From the NCBI GenBank assembly GCA_041498975.1, contig JBGQJI010000001.1, positions 14,197 through 78,196 on the forward strand: 64,000 nucleotides of DNA, read 5' to 3'. Source of the stretch: Candidatus Methylomirabilis sp. GTDB lineage: Bacteria > Methylomirabilota > Methylomirabilia > Methylomirabilales > Methylomirabilaceae. The notes below the pieces were generated by a model. It did no database searches and was not told the DNA's origin. It was given only the letters and a program-made list of their open reading frames with translations. Shown piece by piece: positions 9,949 to 19,011 of this stretch (position 1 is its first letter; every line of letters begins with the position of its first letter). The position numbers and the translations under genes were made by a program.

Positions 9949-10668
9949 CTACCCCGCCATCACCGTCTCGAAGAGAAGGTAGAAGATCGCCGAGAGAATG
10001 AACCCCGCCCAGAGCGTGCCCTTGATTGTCGCGAGGGGTTTCTTGGTCAGACCCGATGTCCCGTAGAGGGCGTTCAGCTCGATCACGATGATGATGACTG
10101 CGCAGAGGAGCGCCATCGTAACCTTCTGGTACCGCCACACCTTTCCGAAGAGGGTGAAGTGGCTCGCCGCGCCCATGTAGAAGAGCATCGGAATTGAAAA
10201 AAGGGTGTTGGTCCGAGAGGCGAAGCCCGCTCGCTGGCCGAGCGCAGCGGCAGCGGGGAGTGCCTGACCGCCCTGCGCCACCTGCGTGGCCGACGCGATC
10301 ACCACCTTCTGGTTCGGCCAGATGACGAACCAGACGTTGGCCCACATGATGCTGCCGAGCGTTCCCCCAAGGAAGATGGCCCACCCGTAGGAGGTGTCGA
10401 AGAACCCCCGCACCCCGAGCAGTCCCATCCTGTGCAGGATGATGGTCCAACCACTCAGGAACGTGAACATCGCGCTCCAGCGGAACCACCACAGCGCCCG
10501 GGGCACCAGCTTCTGGATCGCCGCGCTTCGAACGGGCGGATCGGTCTCGGCGAAGAATGGTGTCTGGACGAAGTTAAAGTAGTAGAGGAGCCCGATCCAG
10601 GTGATGCCGGCGAGAAAGTGGATCCACCGCAGGAGAAAGAGCAGCCCCTCTGCACTCATGAGCGCCAT
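9949..10668 (-). CDS. PuuD-type urate hydroxylase N-terminal (Urate_ox_N) membrane protein lacking the fused cytochrome c
   Basis: LRWIHFLAGITWIGLLYYFN, WWFRW, MWANVWFVIWPNQK, SRTNT..SIPML motifs; multiple TM helices. Confidence 0.8.
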   Translation of the reverse strand: MALMSAEGLLFLLRWIHFLAGITWIGLLYYFNFVQTPFFAETDPPVRSAAIQKLVPRALWWFRWSAMFTFLSGWTIILHRMGLLGVRGFFDTSYGWAIFLGGTLGSIMWANVWFVIWPNQKVVIASATQVAQGGQALPAAAALGQRAGFASRTNTLFSIPMLFYMGAASHFTLFGKVWRYQKVTMALLCAVIIIVIELNALYGTSGLTKKPLATIKGTLWAGFILSAIFYLLFETVMAG

Positions 10669-10902
10669 AAACTTCCCCCCTCCCTTGCGCGCGCAGCGGC
10701 CATCAGCACGTGCCCGTGTAGGTGGCAGCGCGCATTGTCACGAAATCCGAATCCCGGAGCGCGGGCCAAAACTCTCAGGGGAACCCCCTGCATCTGGCTA
10801 GTGAACGATCCTGCTGAACAATCGGAGCTTTTCCGGCATCGGCATGCGGCCGCGCTCATTCCCATGAACCCCACCCGGACGTCGCCGAAGCCGCGGAAGC
10901 TG

Positions 10903-11010
10903 CTAGTGCCGCGTCAACGTGTCCGGACAGATGGCAAAATGATGCGACGGCCAACCCAGATGGCTCCGCGTCATTGTATCGTTGGGCGGATAACGTTGGA
11001 ACGGCACGAG
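10903..11010 (-). mobile_element. MITE family A, copy 1 (reverse orientation)
   Basis: Ends CTAGTGCCG...AACGGCACGAG; reverse complement aligns with 38291-38405 and 30426-30531. Confidence 0.7.
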
Positions 11011-11023
11011 GCTGGGGTCACCC

Positions 11024-11344
11024 CTACGCCGTGAAGGACGACCCGCAGCCGCAGCCGCCCTTCGCGTTGGGGTTCTTCAGGCTGAAGCCGGCCCCCTGCA
11101 GGCCATCGGTGTAGTCGATCTCCGTGCCGGCCAGGTAGAGGTAGCTCTTCGGGTCCACCAGCACCTTGACGCCGTGGGCCTCGAAGACCTGGTCGGCGGG
11201 CTCGGGCTGGTCGAACTCGAACTGGTAGGAGAGGCCGGAGCAGCCGCCGCCGACGACACGGACGCGGAGGCCGTCCTCGGGCTTGGCCTGGGTCTTGAAG
11301 AGGTCGGCCAGCTTGGTGGCGGCCGACTCAGTAAGGGTAATCAT
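11024..11344 (-). CDS. iscA: IscA/ErpA/HesB family A-type Fe-S carrier
   Basis: MITLTESA, GGGCSGLSY, NPNA..CGCGSSF; SD AGGAGG before ATG 11344. Confidence 0.93.
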   Translation of the reverse strand: MITLTESAATKLADLFKTQAKPEDGLRVRVVGGGCSGLSYQFEFDQPEPADQVFEAHGVKVLVDPKSYLYLAGTEIDYTDGLQGAGFSLKNPNAKGGCGCGSSFTA

Positions 11345-11431
11345 TTGGACCTCCTTCTCAGGCATGAAGCACGATAGTGAGGTTTCGCTGGTATCGAGAA
11401 GCTGGTTGGCACTGAACCCTATCCCGTTGGC

Positions 11432-11460
11432 AGTATAGGCAACCATAACGTGAATGTCAA
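11432..11460 (-). promoter_or_regulatory. Sigma70 promoter for iscA
   Basis: Minus-strand TTGACA-N17-TATACT. Confidence 0.8.
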
Positions 11461-11488
11461 GATGTGCGGCCCAACATGAGCGACCGGA

Positions 11489-12049
11489 TCATTCGGCCAA
11501 CCCGTTGATCACTCGCTGGAATTCGGGCCGCCGGAGCCGGTCGAGATCTGATCGCACACAGCCAAGACCGAACACACACAACTCGAACTGCTCCGAGAGC
11601 TTCCGGTACAGCGGCGCCACCTGCCCATCATCGCCAAAGGCAAACTCGGCCACGATATGATACGACCGTTTTCCGGTCTTGACGTAATCGATCAGGGCAT
11701 CTCGGCTGACAAGAACGCGCCTGGCCCGTAAGCGCTGAATGGCTTCGGGGAAAAGTCCGGCCATGAACAACGTGTAATCCCCGATGTGCTTATGGACCTC
11801 GCGCTCACGGTCGATCGAGGCGGCCCGGTGGAGCAGATCGCCTTCAAGGAGCATCTCGGCGACCTCCTCAACGCGCCGGCCAGAGACGCTCCGGACCTTA
11901 TAGACATTGTCGATGTGGGTGAAGTCGGTCAGGAGGTCAGTCAGGTACCCGATCACGTCCGGGTCTTCGTAACCCAGCTTCCCCGCCAGGTTCTGTTCGG
12001 TCAGCAGGCGGAAGAGCCGCCGCAATGGATGATTCGCAGAGATTTTCAT
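11489..12049 (-). CDS. Hypothetical protein (probably conserved)
   Basis: 186-aa protein-like ORF from ATG 12049 with YL.DLL..F, HIGDYTLF..GLFPE and Y...GK.SY segments. Confidence 0.8.
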   Translation of the reverse strand: MKISANHPLRRLFRLLTEQNLAGKLGYEDPDVIGYLTDLLTDFTHIDNVYKVRSVSGRRVEEVAEMLLEGDLLHRAASIDREREVHKHIGDYTLFMAGLFPEAIQRLRARRVLVSRDALIDYVKTGKRSYHIVAEFAFGDDGQVAPLYRKLSEQFELCVFGLGCVRSDLDRLRRPEFQRVINGLAE

Positions 12050-12151
12050 GATGGTGTACGTCGCTTCGGCCGGCTTTTCAGTCAGCCATGCCTTCGCGCG
12101 ACAAGACGATGATAACGCAGAGGGACAGGAACGGAAAGAGGTTTGCTGGAC

Positions 12152-12180
12152 TTGACGAAGAGATCGATTTTGCTTAAGGT
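12152..12180 (+). promoter_or_regulatory. Sigma70 promoter for the MEMO-family gene
   Basis: TTGACG-N17-TAAGGT. Confidence 0.55.
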
Positions 12181-12230
12181 GAGAACAGAGCGGTCGAAGC
12201 GGGTCGTCGGTGAACGAGGGGGCTCGGGAC

Positions 12231-13451
12231 ATGGACCGTCCAAGACTCAGGGGACTGGAAGCGATTCCTGGAGAGGTCGGCGGCGAACAGGTGGTCTGCC
12301 TTCGAGACCCGCATCACTACAGCGATCGTGTCCTGATCCTCCCTCATCCCCTTTTCTTCATCGTGAGCCTCTTTGACGGACGGCACTCGATCCTCGACAT
12401 CCAGGCGGCATTCGTCCGCCGCTACGGTGAGTTCCTCTTCCGGGAAAGGCTCGATGAGCTTATCCGGGAACTGGATTCCGCCCACTTCCTCGAAGGAGAG
12501 GTCTTCGAACACTACCGCGCACAACTCGAGGCCGACTTCGCTCGGTCGCCCATCCGGCGCGCCGCGCTGGCCGGGAAAGGGTATGAGGCGGACCCCGAGC
12601 GGCTCCGGGCTCAGATCGACACGTTCTTTTCGCCGCCAGAGGGCCCGGGCTCACCTGTGCCTCAGGACGGCAGGCCGCCGATCAAAGGGGCCGTGATCCC
12701 CCACATCGATTTCGCCCGCGGAGGTCCCACCTACGCCTGGGCGTACAAGGCACTGATGGAGTCTTGCAACGCCGACCTGTTCATCGTGCTTGGCACTTCA
12801 CATTCCGGCACCAGAGGATTCTTCGCCGTCACGCGCAAAGACTACGAGACCCCGTTCGGCGTGATCCCGACCGATACGTCGTTCGTGGACCGACTGATCG
12901 CCCGGTGTGGTCCGACCATCTTGCTGGACGAGCCGGCCCATCGCGCCGAACACTCGATCGAGTTCCAGGCGACCATGCTCCAAGGACTGCTGGGCCAGAC
13001 GCGCTCGATCCAGATGGTCCCGATCCTCTGCCTCTCCTTCCACCCGTTCATCGCGGACGGCGCATCGCCCAGGTCTGACCCGGCGATCGCGACCTTCCTC
13101 GATGCGCTTCAGGAGGCGATTGCCGCCTCAGGCCGTCGCTGCTGTCTCATTGCAAGCGCCGACCTTGCCCACGTCGGACCGCGCTTCGGGGACCAGGAGT
13201 CCGTGGACAGGGACCAGCTCGCGGTACTTGCCCGGAAAGATTTGGCGATGCTGGAAAAGGTGGCTGAAGGGGATGCGGAGGGATTCTTTCGTTTCGTTCA
13301 GACGGAAGAGGATCGATGGAGGATTTGCGGCCTTTCCTCCATCTACACCATGCTCGGTGCCCTTGAGAAGGAGCAGGGACACCTGCTGAAATACAGCCAA
13401 TGGCCTGATCCGGCCGGCGCGGTTACCTTTGCGAGCGTGATTTTTTACTGA
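12231..13451 (+). CDS. amrB: AmmeMemoRadiSam system protein B (MEMO1 family) with N-terminal extension
   Basis: R.AALAG..Y, PHID, LGTSH, TPFG, EHSIEFQ, SADLAHVG, ICG motifs. Confidence 0.88.
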   Translation: MDRPRLRGLEAIPGEVGGEQVVCLRDPHHYSDRVLILPHPLFFIVSLFDGRHSILDIQAAFVRRYGEFLFRERLDELIRELDSAHFLEGEVFEHYRAQLEADFARSPIRRAALAGKGYEADPERLRAQIDTFFSPPEGPGSPVPQDGRPPIKGAVIPHIDFARGGPTYAWAYKALMESCNADLFIVLGTSHSGTRGFFAVTRKDYETPFGVIPTDTSFVDRLIARCGPTILLDEPAHRAEHSIEFQATMLQGLLGQTRSIQMVPILCLSFHPFIADGASPRSDPAIATFLDALQEAIAASGRRCCLIASADLAHVGPRFGDQESVDRDQLAVLARKDLAMLEKVAEGDAEGFFRFVQTEEDRWRICGLSSIYTMLGALEKEQGHLLKYSQWPDPAGAVTFASVIFY

Positions 13452-13457
13452 AAAGAG

Positions 13458-13602
13458 GCTATCGGCTATCAGCGGTCAGTGTTCAGCAAGGGCAAGGGAG
13501 ATTTGCAGCGTTCAGCGGTTAGCGATCAGCTTTCAGCCAAAGCATGGAGGGGGCCTCAACCTGGTGAATGCGGATAGCTGAAAGCTAACTGCTGAAGGCT
13601 GC
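13458..13602. repeat. Heptameric GC(N2)TCA tandem repeats arranged as an inverted repeat
   Basis: GCTATCG-GCTATCA-GCGGTCA-GTGTTCA; GCAGCGTTCAGCGGTTAGC...TTTCAGC pairs with GCTGAAAGCTAACTGCTGAAGGCTGC; lies between convergent genes. Confidence 0.7.
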
Positions 13603-13611
13603 TCTTCCACG

Positions 13612-13633
13612 CCGACGACCGCCGGCATCGCCG
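13612..13633 (-). promoter_or_regulatory. Candidate SECIS for the C-terminal Sec of the glutaredoxin-like gene
   Basis: Minus-strand CGGCGA-TG-CC-GGC-GG-TCGTCG; loop GGC begins 19 nt after the UGA at 13643-13645. Confidence 0.6.
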
Positions 13634-13858
13634 TTACACCGCTCAGCTCCCGCCGAAACCGATGGTCACGTTACCCTGTTCCACAATCACAGGGACTTCC
13701 CGCGCACCTTTCGAGAACTCCAACATCCGTTCCATCGCCTTCGGGTCCTTCTGGACGTTCAGGTACGTGAATGGGACTTTCCTCTTTGCGTACTCCTCAC
13801 GGGCCGCCGAGGTGTAGGGTCAGGTGTCCTTCCCGTAGATGATGACCGACTCCTCCAT
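13634..13858 (-). CDS. UXX-star family glutaredoxin-like selenoprotein with two in-frame UGA
   Basis: SD GGAGGAGG; MEESVIIYGKDT-U-PYTSAAREEY...REVPVIVEQGNVTIGFGGS-U-AV-TAA. UPYT occupies the Grx CPYC site; cis-Pro VP motif. Missed by the ORF track. Confidence 0.85.
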
Positions 13859-13899
13859 CCGCCTCCTCCAGTGTCTTGGGTCTTCTTGAGCTGACCTTT

Positions 13900-14244
13900 T
13901 CAGACCCGCGTCATGTATCGATCAGCCTCTGTGCTCAGCCGATCATACTCGGTTCTGAGATCGCGGATCTCGGGGTAGAGGGCTTGGATCTTGTCATGGG
14001 GGAGGGGAATAGTCCTGCTGAGCGCAGTCAGCCGATCCCCAACCAGCTTTGCCCGTTTGAGGACCTCGAACTTCTTCCTGGCCAGCGAATGGAGCGCTGC
14101 TGCCTCCAGGAGGCCGAACATCCCGTCTTCATCCTGAGACTGGACTAGCTCCTCCAACCGTTGCGTTTGCGCCTCGGTCAGGCCACTCTCCTTCAGCGCA
14201 TACAGGGCCTTCATCCGGTCGATCCGATAGCGGATATCCAGCAT
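13900..14244 (-). CDS. Hypothetical helical protein
   Basis: 114-aa ORF with SD GAGGG, co-oriented directly upstream of the selenoprotein gene. Confidence 0.75.
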   Translation of the reverse strand: MLDIRYRIDRMKALYALKESGLTEAQTQRLEELVQSQDEDGMFGLLEAAALHSLARKKFEVLKRAKLVGDRLTALSRTIPLPHDKIQALYPEIRDLRTEYDRLSTEADRYMTRV

Positions 14245-14425
14245 ATCGATCCCTCGCTTTCAGGTCATGCCGTTTGAACCGAATGATTGTAACCGATCGT
14301 GACTCGGGACGCCAGTGTTCGATTCCGTGGATCGTTGGTCCTCGTGCTCTCTTCGACCGAGCGGAACCTCACTTCCAGGATGGGTGAGGCGGACCGGATG
14401 ATCGCCCTTGAGCTGCCGGGCCGTC

Positions 14426-15370
14426 CTAAAAAATCAGGGGCAACTCCGCAGCCTCCGCAGGGGCGGGCTCCGCCCCACAGATCCGATTCCGGCCGTCCGC
14501 CTTCGCTTTATACAGGGCACGGTCGGCTGCATCGAGCAGCAAATCGGGGGTGGATCGAGCTCGGTCAAAGGCAGCCACGCCCCCGCTCAGGGTGACCGCA
14601 AGGGGCCCCTTTGGATGGTCGAGCATGAAACGGTGTCGCTCCACGATCCAACGGAGGCGCTCAGCCACCTCTTTCGCCAGACCTAAACCCGTCTCGGGCA
14701 AGAGGATGACAAACTCTTCTCCCCCGTACCTCGCGGGAATGTCCACTGCCCGCAGGTTCGTTTTCATCAGACCGGCCAGCCCCCTGAGCACGTCGTCCCC
14801 CACCGTATGGCCGTAGGTGTCGTTGCAGGACTTGAAATGATCGAGGTCGATCAGAATGATCGAGAGTGGTCGGTCAAACCGCGCGGCCCGAATGACCTCC
14901 TCTCCCAGGCGAGTCTTGAAGTAGGTGTGATTGTACAGGCCCGTGAGCCCGTCGCGAATGGACAACTCCTTGAGCCCTGTATAGATCCGCGCGATCCAAG
15001 AAGCCGTGGCGGCCGCGACGATGAACATGGCAAAATGCAAACCGGTGCGCAGGTAGAGCAGGTAGCCCGGCACCGGCCCTCGGCCGATGATGTCCACTCC
15101 GAGAACAATCATTGAGACCACCCACGCAGCGGCGACCCCCGCAAGAAAGCTTTCGAAAAAACTCAGAGGGAGGATGACAAGCAGGTAGAGGGGAAGGAAC
15201 GTGATGCCTTGGCCGAGGGCGTAGTCTGCCACGCCGATGCCGAGGGCGGCCAGAAGGGCGACAATGCGGAGAAGACCGCGCGTTATGACAGAAAGAGTCG
15301 GCGCGCCAGACTCCGGACTGAGGAGAAAGGAGAGGTGATGCCACCTCTCGTCTCCGGACACACCTGGCAT
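14426..15370 (-). CDS. Membrane-bound diguanylate cyclase
   Basis: N-terminal TM helices; DGLTGLYN, DLDHFK..ND.YGH..GD, RxxD I-site (RAVD), GGEEF. Confidence 0.92.
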   Translation of the reverse strand: MPGVSGDERWHHLSFLLSPESGAPTLSVITRGLLRIVALLAALGIGVADYALGQGITFLPLYLLVILPLSFFESFLAGVAAAWVVSMIVLGVDIIGRGPVPGYLLYLRTGLHFAMFIVAAATASWIARIYTGLKELSIRDGLTGLYNHTYFKTRLGEEVIRAARFDRPLSIILIDLDHFKSCNDTYGHTVGDDVLRGLAGLMKTNLRAVDIPARYGGEEFVILLPETGLGLAKEVAERLRWIVERHRFMLDHPKGPLAVTLSGGVAAFDRARSTPDLLLDAADRALYKAKADGRNRICGAEPAPAEAAELPLIF

Positions 15371-15469
15371 GAGGAGCCCCCGTACCCGCAGCTCACGCCG
15401 CGAGTCTCGTATGATGCCTGGCCTTCACTTGAAAGAGAGGATGTGGTCGATTGTATCAGAAACCACCGA

Positions 15470-15658
15470 TTACCCGGATCCCCTAGATGCTCCTTGCAAC
15501 TTCAGCTCCACCTCGTATTGCTCGACCAGCTTCAACAGCCCCTCAGAGAGGGTCGGGTACTGCCGCATGAAATACTCGATCATGAGGAGCTTACCGGCGC
15601 TCCGGCCAACGCGCATCACCCGTGCTGTGATTTGAGGAGGCGCCGACTTCTCCCCCAT
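15470..15658 (-). CDS. Small hypothetical protein
   Basis: 62-aa ORF starting 3 nt after the VOC stop, SD GGAGG. Confidence 0.5.
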   Translation of the reverse strand: MGEKSAPPQITARVMRVGRSAGKLLMIEYFMRQYPTLSEGLLKLVEQYEVELKLQGASRGSG

Positions 15659-15661
15659 GAC

Positions 15662-16042
15662 TCACCTCCGATAGGCGATCAGCTCCAGCAGGTTCCCATC
15701 GGGATCGAGGAAGTACAGGCAATCATGATCGCCCCAGTCAACCGGTCCTTTGTGCCGGATCCCGGCCTCTGTAAATGTCGCGCGCGCGCGCTCGAAATCG
15801 GCGGCGCTCACTCGGAACGCATGATGCCCCTTTCCAAGCGGCTGGTCGATCCGGCCCAAGTCGGGCGATGGGAGATCCTTCCGCTCGAACAGGGCGAACG
15901 GCGAACCGGCGAGATCGAAGATGATCTGATCGCCCAGGCGGCGGGAGACCCGCAGGCCCAGGACGCCGCCGTAGAACACTTCGGCCGTGGCGAGGTCACG
16001 TACCTCGATCCCGAAGTGGTCGAGCCGCTCGAGCACGATCAT
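15662..16042 (-). CDS. VOC family (glyoxalase/FosA-like) protein
   Basis: LDHFGIEV.DL...FY..VLG, HHAF, YFLDPDGNLLEL. Confidence 0.9.
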   Translation of the reverse strand: MIVLERLDHFGIEVRDLATAEVFYGGVLGLRVSRRLGDQIIFDLAGSPFALFERKDLPSPDLGRIDQPLGKGHHAFRVSAADFERARATFTEAGIRHKGPVDWGDHDCLYFLDPDGNLLELIAYRR

Positions 16043-16049
16043 GGTCGCT

Positions 16050-16799
16050 CTAACGATCCAGCGTCTGCCGGAGTTCGGTCAGGCGGCTAAGCGTATAGTC
16101 GGGCGCCGGGATGCCAGCCCCTGCTGCATGGCCCGCTCTGTTCACCCAGGCAACATCCATCCCGACCCCTTTGGCTCCCGCGACGTCGATATCGAGGCTA
16201 TCCCCGATGAACAGCGCATCCTGTGGTGCGAGCCCCATCCGATCGAGCGTCCGGACGAAGATCTCGCGATGTGGCTTGCGCACGCCCTCCTCGGCGGAGA
16301 CGACCACCTGCTCGAACCATCCGACGGTCCCGGTCCGTTCCAGCATGCGGCGCGCCGTCCGTGCGTGGTCGAAATTCGAGATCACCGCAAGGCGGTATCG
16401 GGCCTTGGCCCACTCGAGCAAGGGTCGATGCTCCGGCGGAAACACCATCGCATCCGACAGCTTCGCCATGTGTATCTCAGCCAACCACTCCGGAAAATCT
16501 GCAGGGAGCTTCTCGAGAGGCAACTGCAGCTTCGAGAGGACGATGCGGAACCGTTCCTCGGCCGTGATCTCGCGCAGCTCCTGGCCCCGGATCTGTTCGG
16601 CCTCTCGATACCCATCCATGAACGCGACGTAGAACGCCTCAAACGGCACACCGGGACAGACCGATGTGAACTGGTCGTAGACGTGACGGCTGGTGGAGCG
16701 CACTTCAGTGCCGTTCACCTGGATCAGGGGCATCCGGTCACGCTGGAAGTCGATCAGAGTATCGAACAGGTCGAAAATCAGTGCCGTGTAATTTCTCAT
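16050..16799 (-). CDS. HAD family hydrolase
   Basis: FDLFDTL motif I, ISN, KP, GDSLDIDVAGA. Confidence 0.9.
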   Translation of the reverse strand: MRNYTALIFDLFDTLIDFQRDRMPLIQVNGTEVRSTSRHVYDQFTSVCPGVPFEAFYVAFMDGYREAEQIRGQELREITAEERFRIVLSKLQLPLEKLPADFPEWLAEIHMAKLSDAMVFPPEHRPLLEWAKARYRLAVISNFDHARTARRMLERTGTVGWFEQVVVSAEEGVRKPHREIFVRTLDRMGLAPQDALFIGDSLDIDVAGAKGVGMDVAWVNRAGHAAGAGIPAPDYTLSRLTELRQTLDR

Positions 16800-17506
16800 C
16801 TGATAGGCCTCAGTGCGGTGAGGAGCGGGACCGAAGCGAGCTTCTCGGTCGCGAGCAGCTCCCGGTACATGCCCTTCGGCCGCGGGTGCCGGCGCCGAAT
16901 CCGGATGATCTCGTCGGGCGTCACGATGACATCAACCGAGATATCGCGAGGCAACACGTCGAACCGATCCTTGACGCTCTGGAATGGATGAACGGTCGTC
17001 AGGATGGTCGTCCGCTGCGTGACCTTGCCCGCTTCGATCAACAGGCCGGACTCCAGATCGGAATAGCCGTCCCCCTTCCCGAGTCGCCCCCCCTCCATGG
17101 TGACCGCCACCGAGCCGCAGACAATCAGATCGGTAGGCGGCAACCCCTCAACCCGTACCGCCCGCCCGGCACGAGAAGCTCCGCCGATGCTGGAGGCCTC
17201 GAATGGGCTCGCCTTCAGATGCGCAAGGTCGAGCTCGATGAACGGTGTCATCGAGCGGAGCCGAGGCACCGCCATGAATAGGCGCTTGCCCTGCTCGAGG
17301 GCCAGCCGACGAACCGGCCGCTGGGGCAGGTCCGGGTCGGCCTTTATGACCTTAGCCGGTCGCCAGGCGTCAAGCTCACTCAGCCGCGCGGCTGCCGCCT
17401 CGGCCCCAACGAAGTTCGGAGAGCGACCGCAGGCGCCTGGGAAGCTCGAAACCTTGTGTTCCTGTAGCAGCCGCCAGACCGTCTCGCGGACCCGCTGTTT
17501 CTCCAT
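16796..17506 (-). CDS. 5-formyltetrahydrofolate cyclo-ligase-like protein (MTHFSD type)
   Basis: PNFVGAE.AA, PD.PQ..VR, GSVAV...G.RLGKG.GYSDLE, TTVH, D.IVTP. Confidence 0.8.
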   Translation of the reverse strand: MEKQRVRETVWRLLQEHKVSSFPGACGRSPNFVGAEAAAARLSELDAWRPAKVIKADPDLPQRPVRRLALEQGKRLFMAVPRLRSMTPFIELDLAHLKASPFEASSIGGASRAGRAVRVEGLPPTDLIVCGSVAVTMEGGRLGKGDGYSDLESGLLIEAGKVTQRTTILTTVHPFQSVKDRFDVLPRDISVDVIVTPDEIIRIRRRHPRPKGMYRELLATEKLASVPLLTALRPIR

Positions 17507-17673
17507 CGTCGATCAACGGCACTCCGCCCCGGTCGCCCCATCTCACCAGAGTCAGCGCGCTTTGTCAAGGACGAGGTGGCACTTCGAAACCCTCCATTGC
17601 CACTACCCCGACCTGGCTTGGCGTGGTACAATCACGACCCAAGCAAAGACGTCGCGAGGGGTCAGGAGAGACG

Positions 17674-18339
<666 letters not shown>

Positions 18340-18343
18340 AGAC

Positions 18344-18527
18344 GTCATTGCAAGCGACCAAATAAGCCGGAGCCCAGAGCCCTTCGGCGTCGCTCAGGAT
18401 AAACTCCGCGAAGGGGCGGCAATTCGACATGCAGCGTCGTTGCGGGGCGGAGCCCCCTCGGCAATGCTCGGGGAAGGCCTGCTTCGACAGGGCTCAGCAC
18501 AGGCTTCGACTCAGCTCAGGACAGGCG
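18344..18527. repeat. Composite REP/BIME-like palindromic repeat
   Basis: GTCATTGC start, CTTCG...GCTCAG units; 18436-18478 nearly identical to 20100-20142. Confidence 0.65.
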
Positions 18528-18535
18528 AGGGATCC

Positions 18536-18943
18536 TTATCCGGTGGCGTGTGGTAGGAGTTCGAGGCGTGGGATGAGTGTTCGGTCGAAGCGGCTGATGC
18601 CCGATGAACCGATCTCCGCCAAGCGATCTAGACAGGAAGCGAGGGATCGCCGTAGCGTCTCGACGTCGAGCCCGAGGTAATCTGCCGCGAAGTCATCGAG
18701 CAGCTCCGCTGCCCTCCCCAGCTTCGCGGCAGCCCGGTCGAAGTCACCGGCAACAAGATAGTGGAACCCCATGGCCACATGGACCAGCGCTTGATAGAAG
18801 ATCCTGTCCGGCCCGCCCTTCGTCATCCAGATCAGCTCGAACAACTCGTGGGCTTCGAGGAAGTGGCCTGCATTGTAGGTCCGAACCGCCTCGAGCGTAT
18901 CGGCATCGAGATCAGCGATCTCTTCCCTCATTGGATTGTTCAT
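18536..18943 (-). CDS. DUF309 domain protein
   Basis: YN.G.F.EAHE.FE..W, YQALVHVA...H motifs. Confidence 0.85.
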   Translation of the reverse strand: MNNPMREEIADLDADTLEAVRTYNAGHFLEAHELFELIWMTKGGPDRIFYQALVHVAMGFHYLVAGDFDRAAAKLGRAAELLDDFAADYLGLDVETLRRSLASCLDRLAEIGSSGISRFDRTLIPRLELLPHATG

Positions 18944-19011
18944 TTCCGAATCCCTCGCATCTCCCTCTCCCTCCGCTGAAGGAGAGGGCTGGGGTGAGGG
19001 TTGGAAGAGCC

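Noticed and set aside
11024-11344. HesB-like selenoprotein
   Set aside because: All three ligands are ordinary Cys codons; no in-frame TGA.
13458-13602. CRISPR array
   Set aside because: 7-bp degenerate tandem units without unique spacers; no cas genes in the window.
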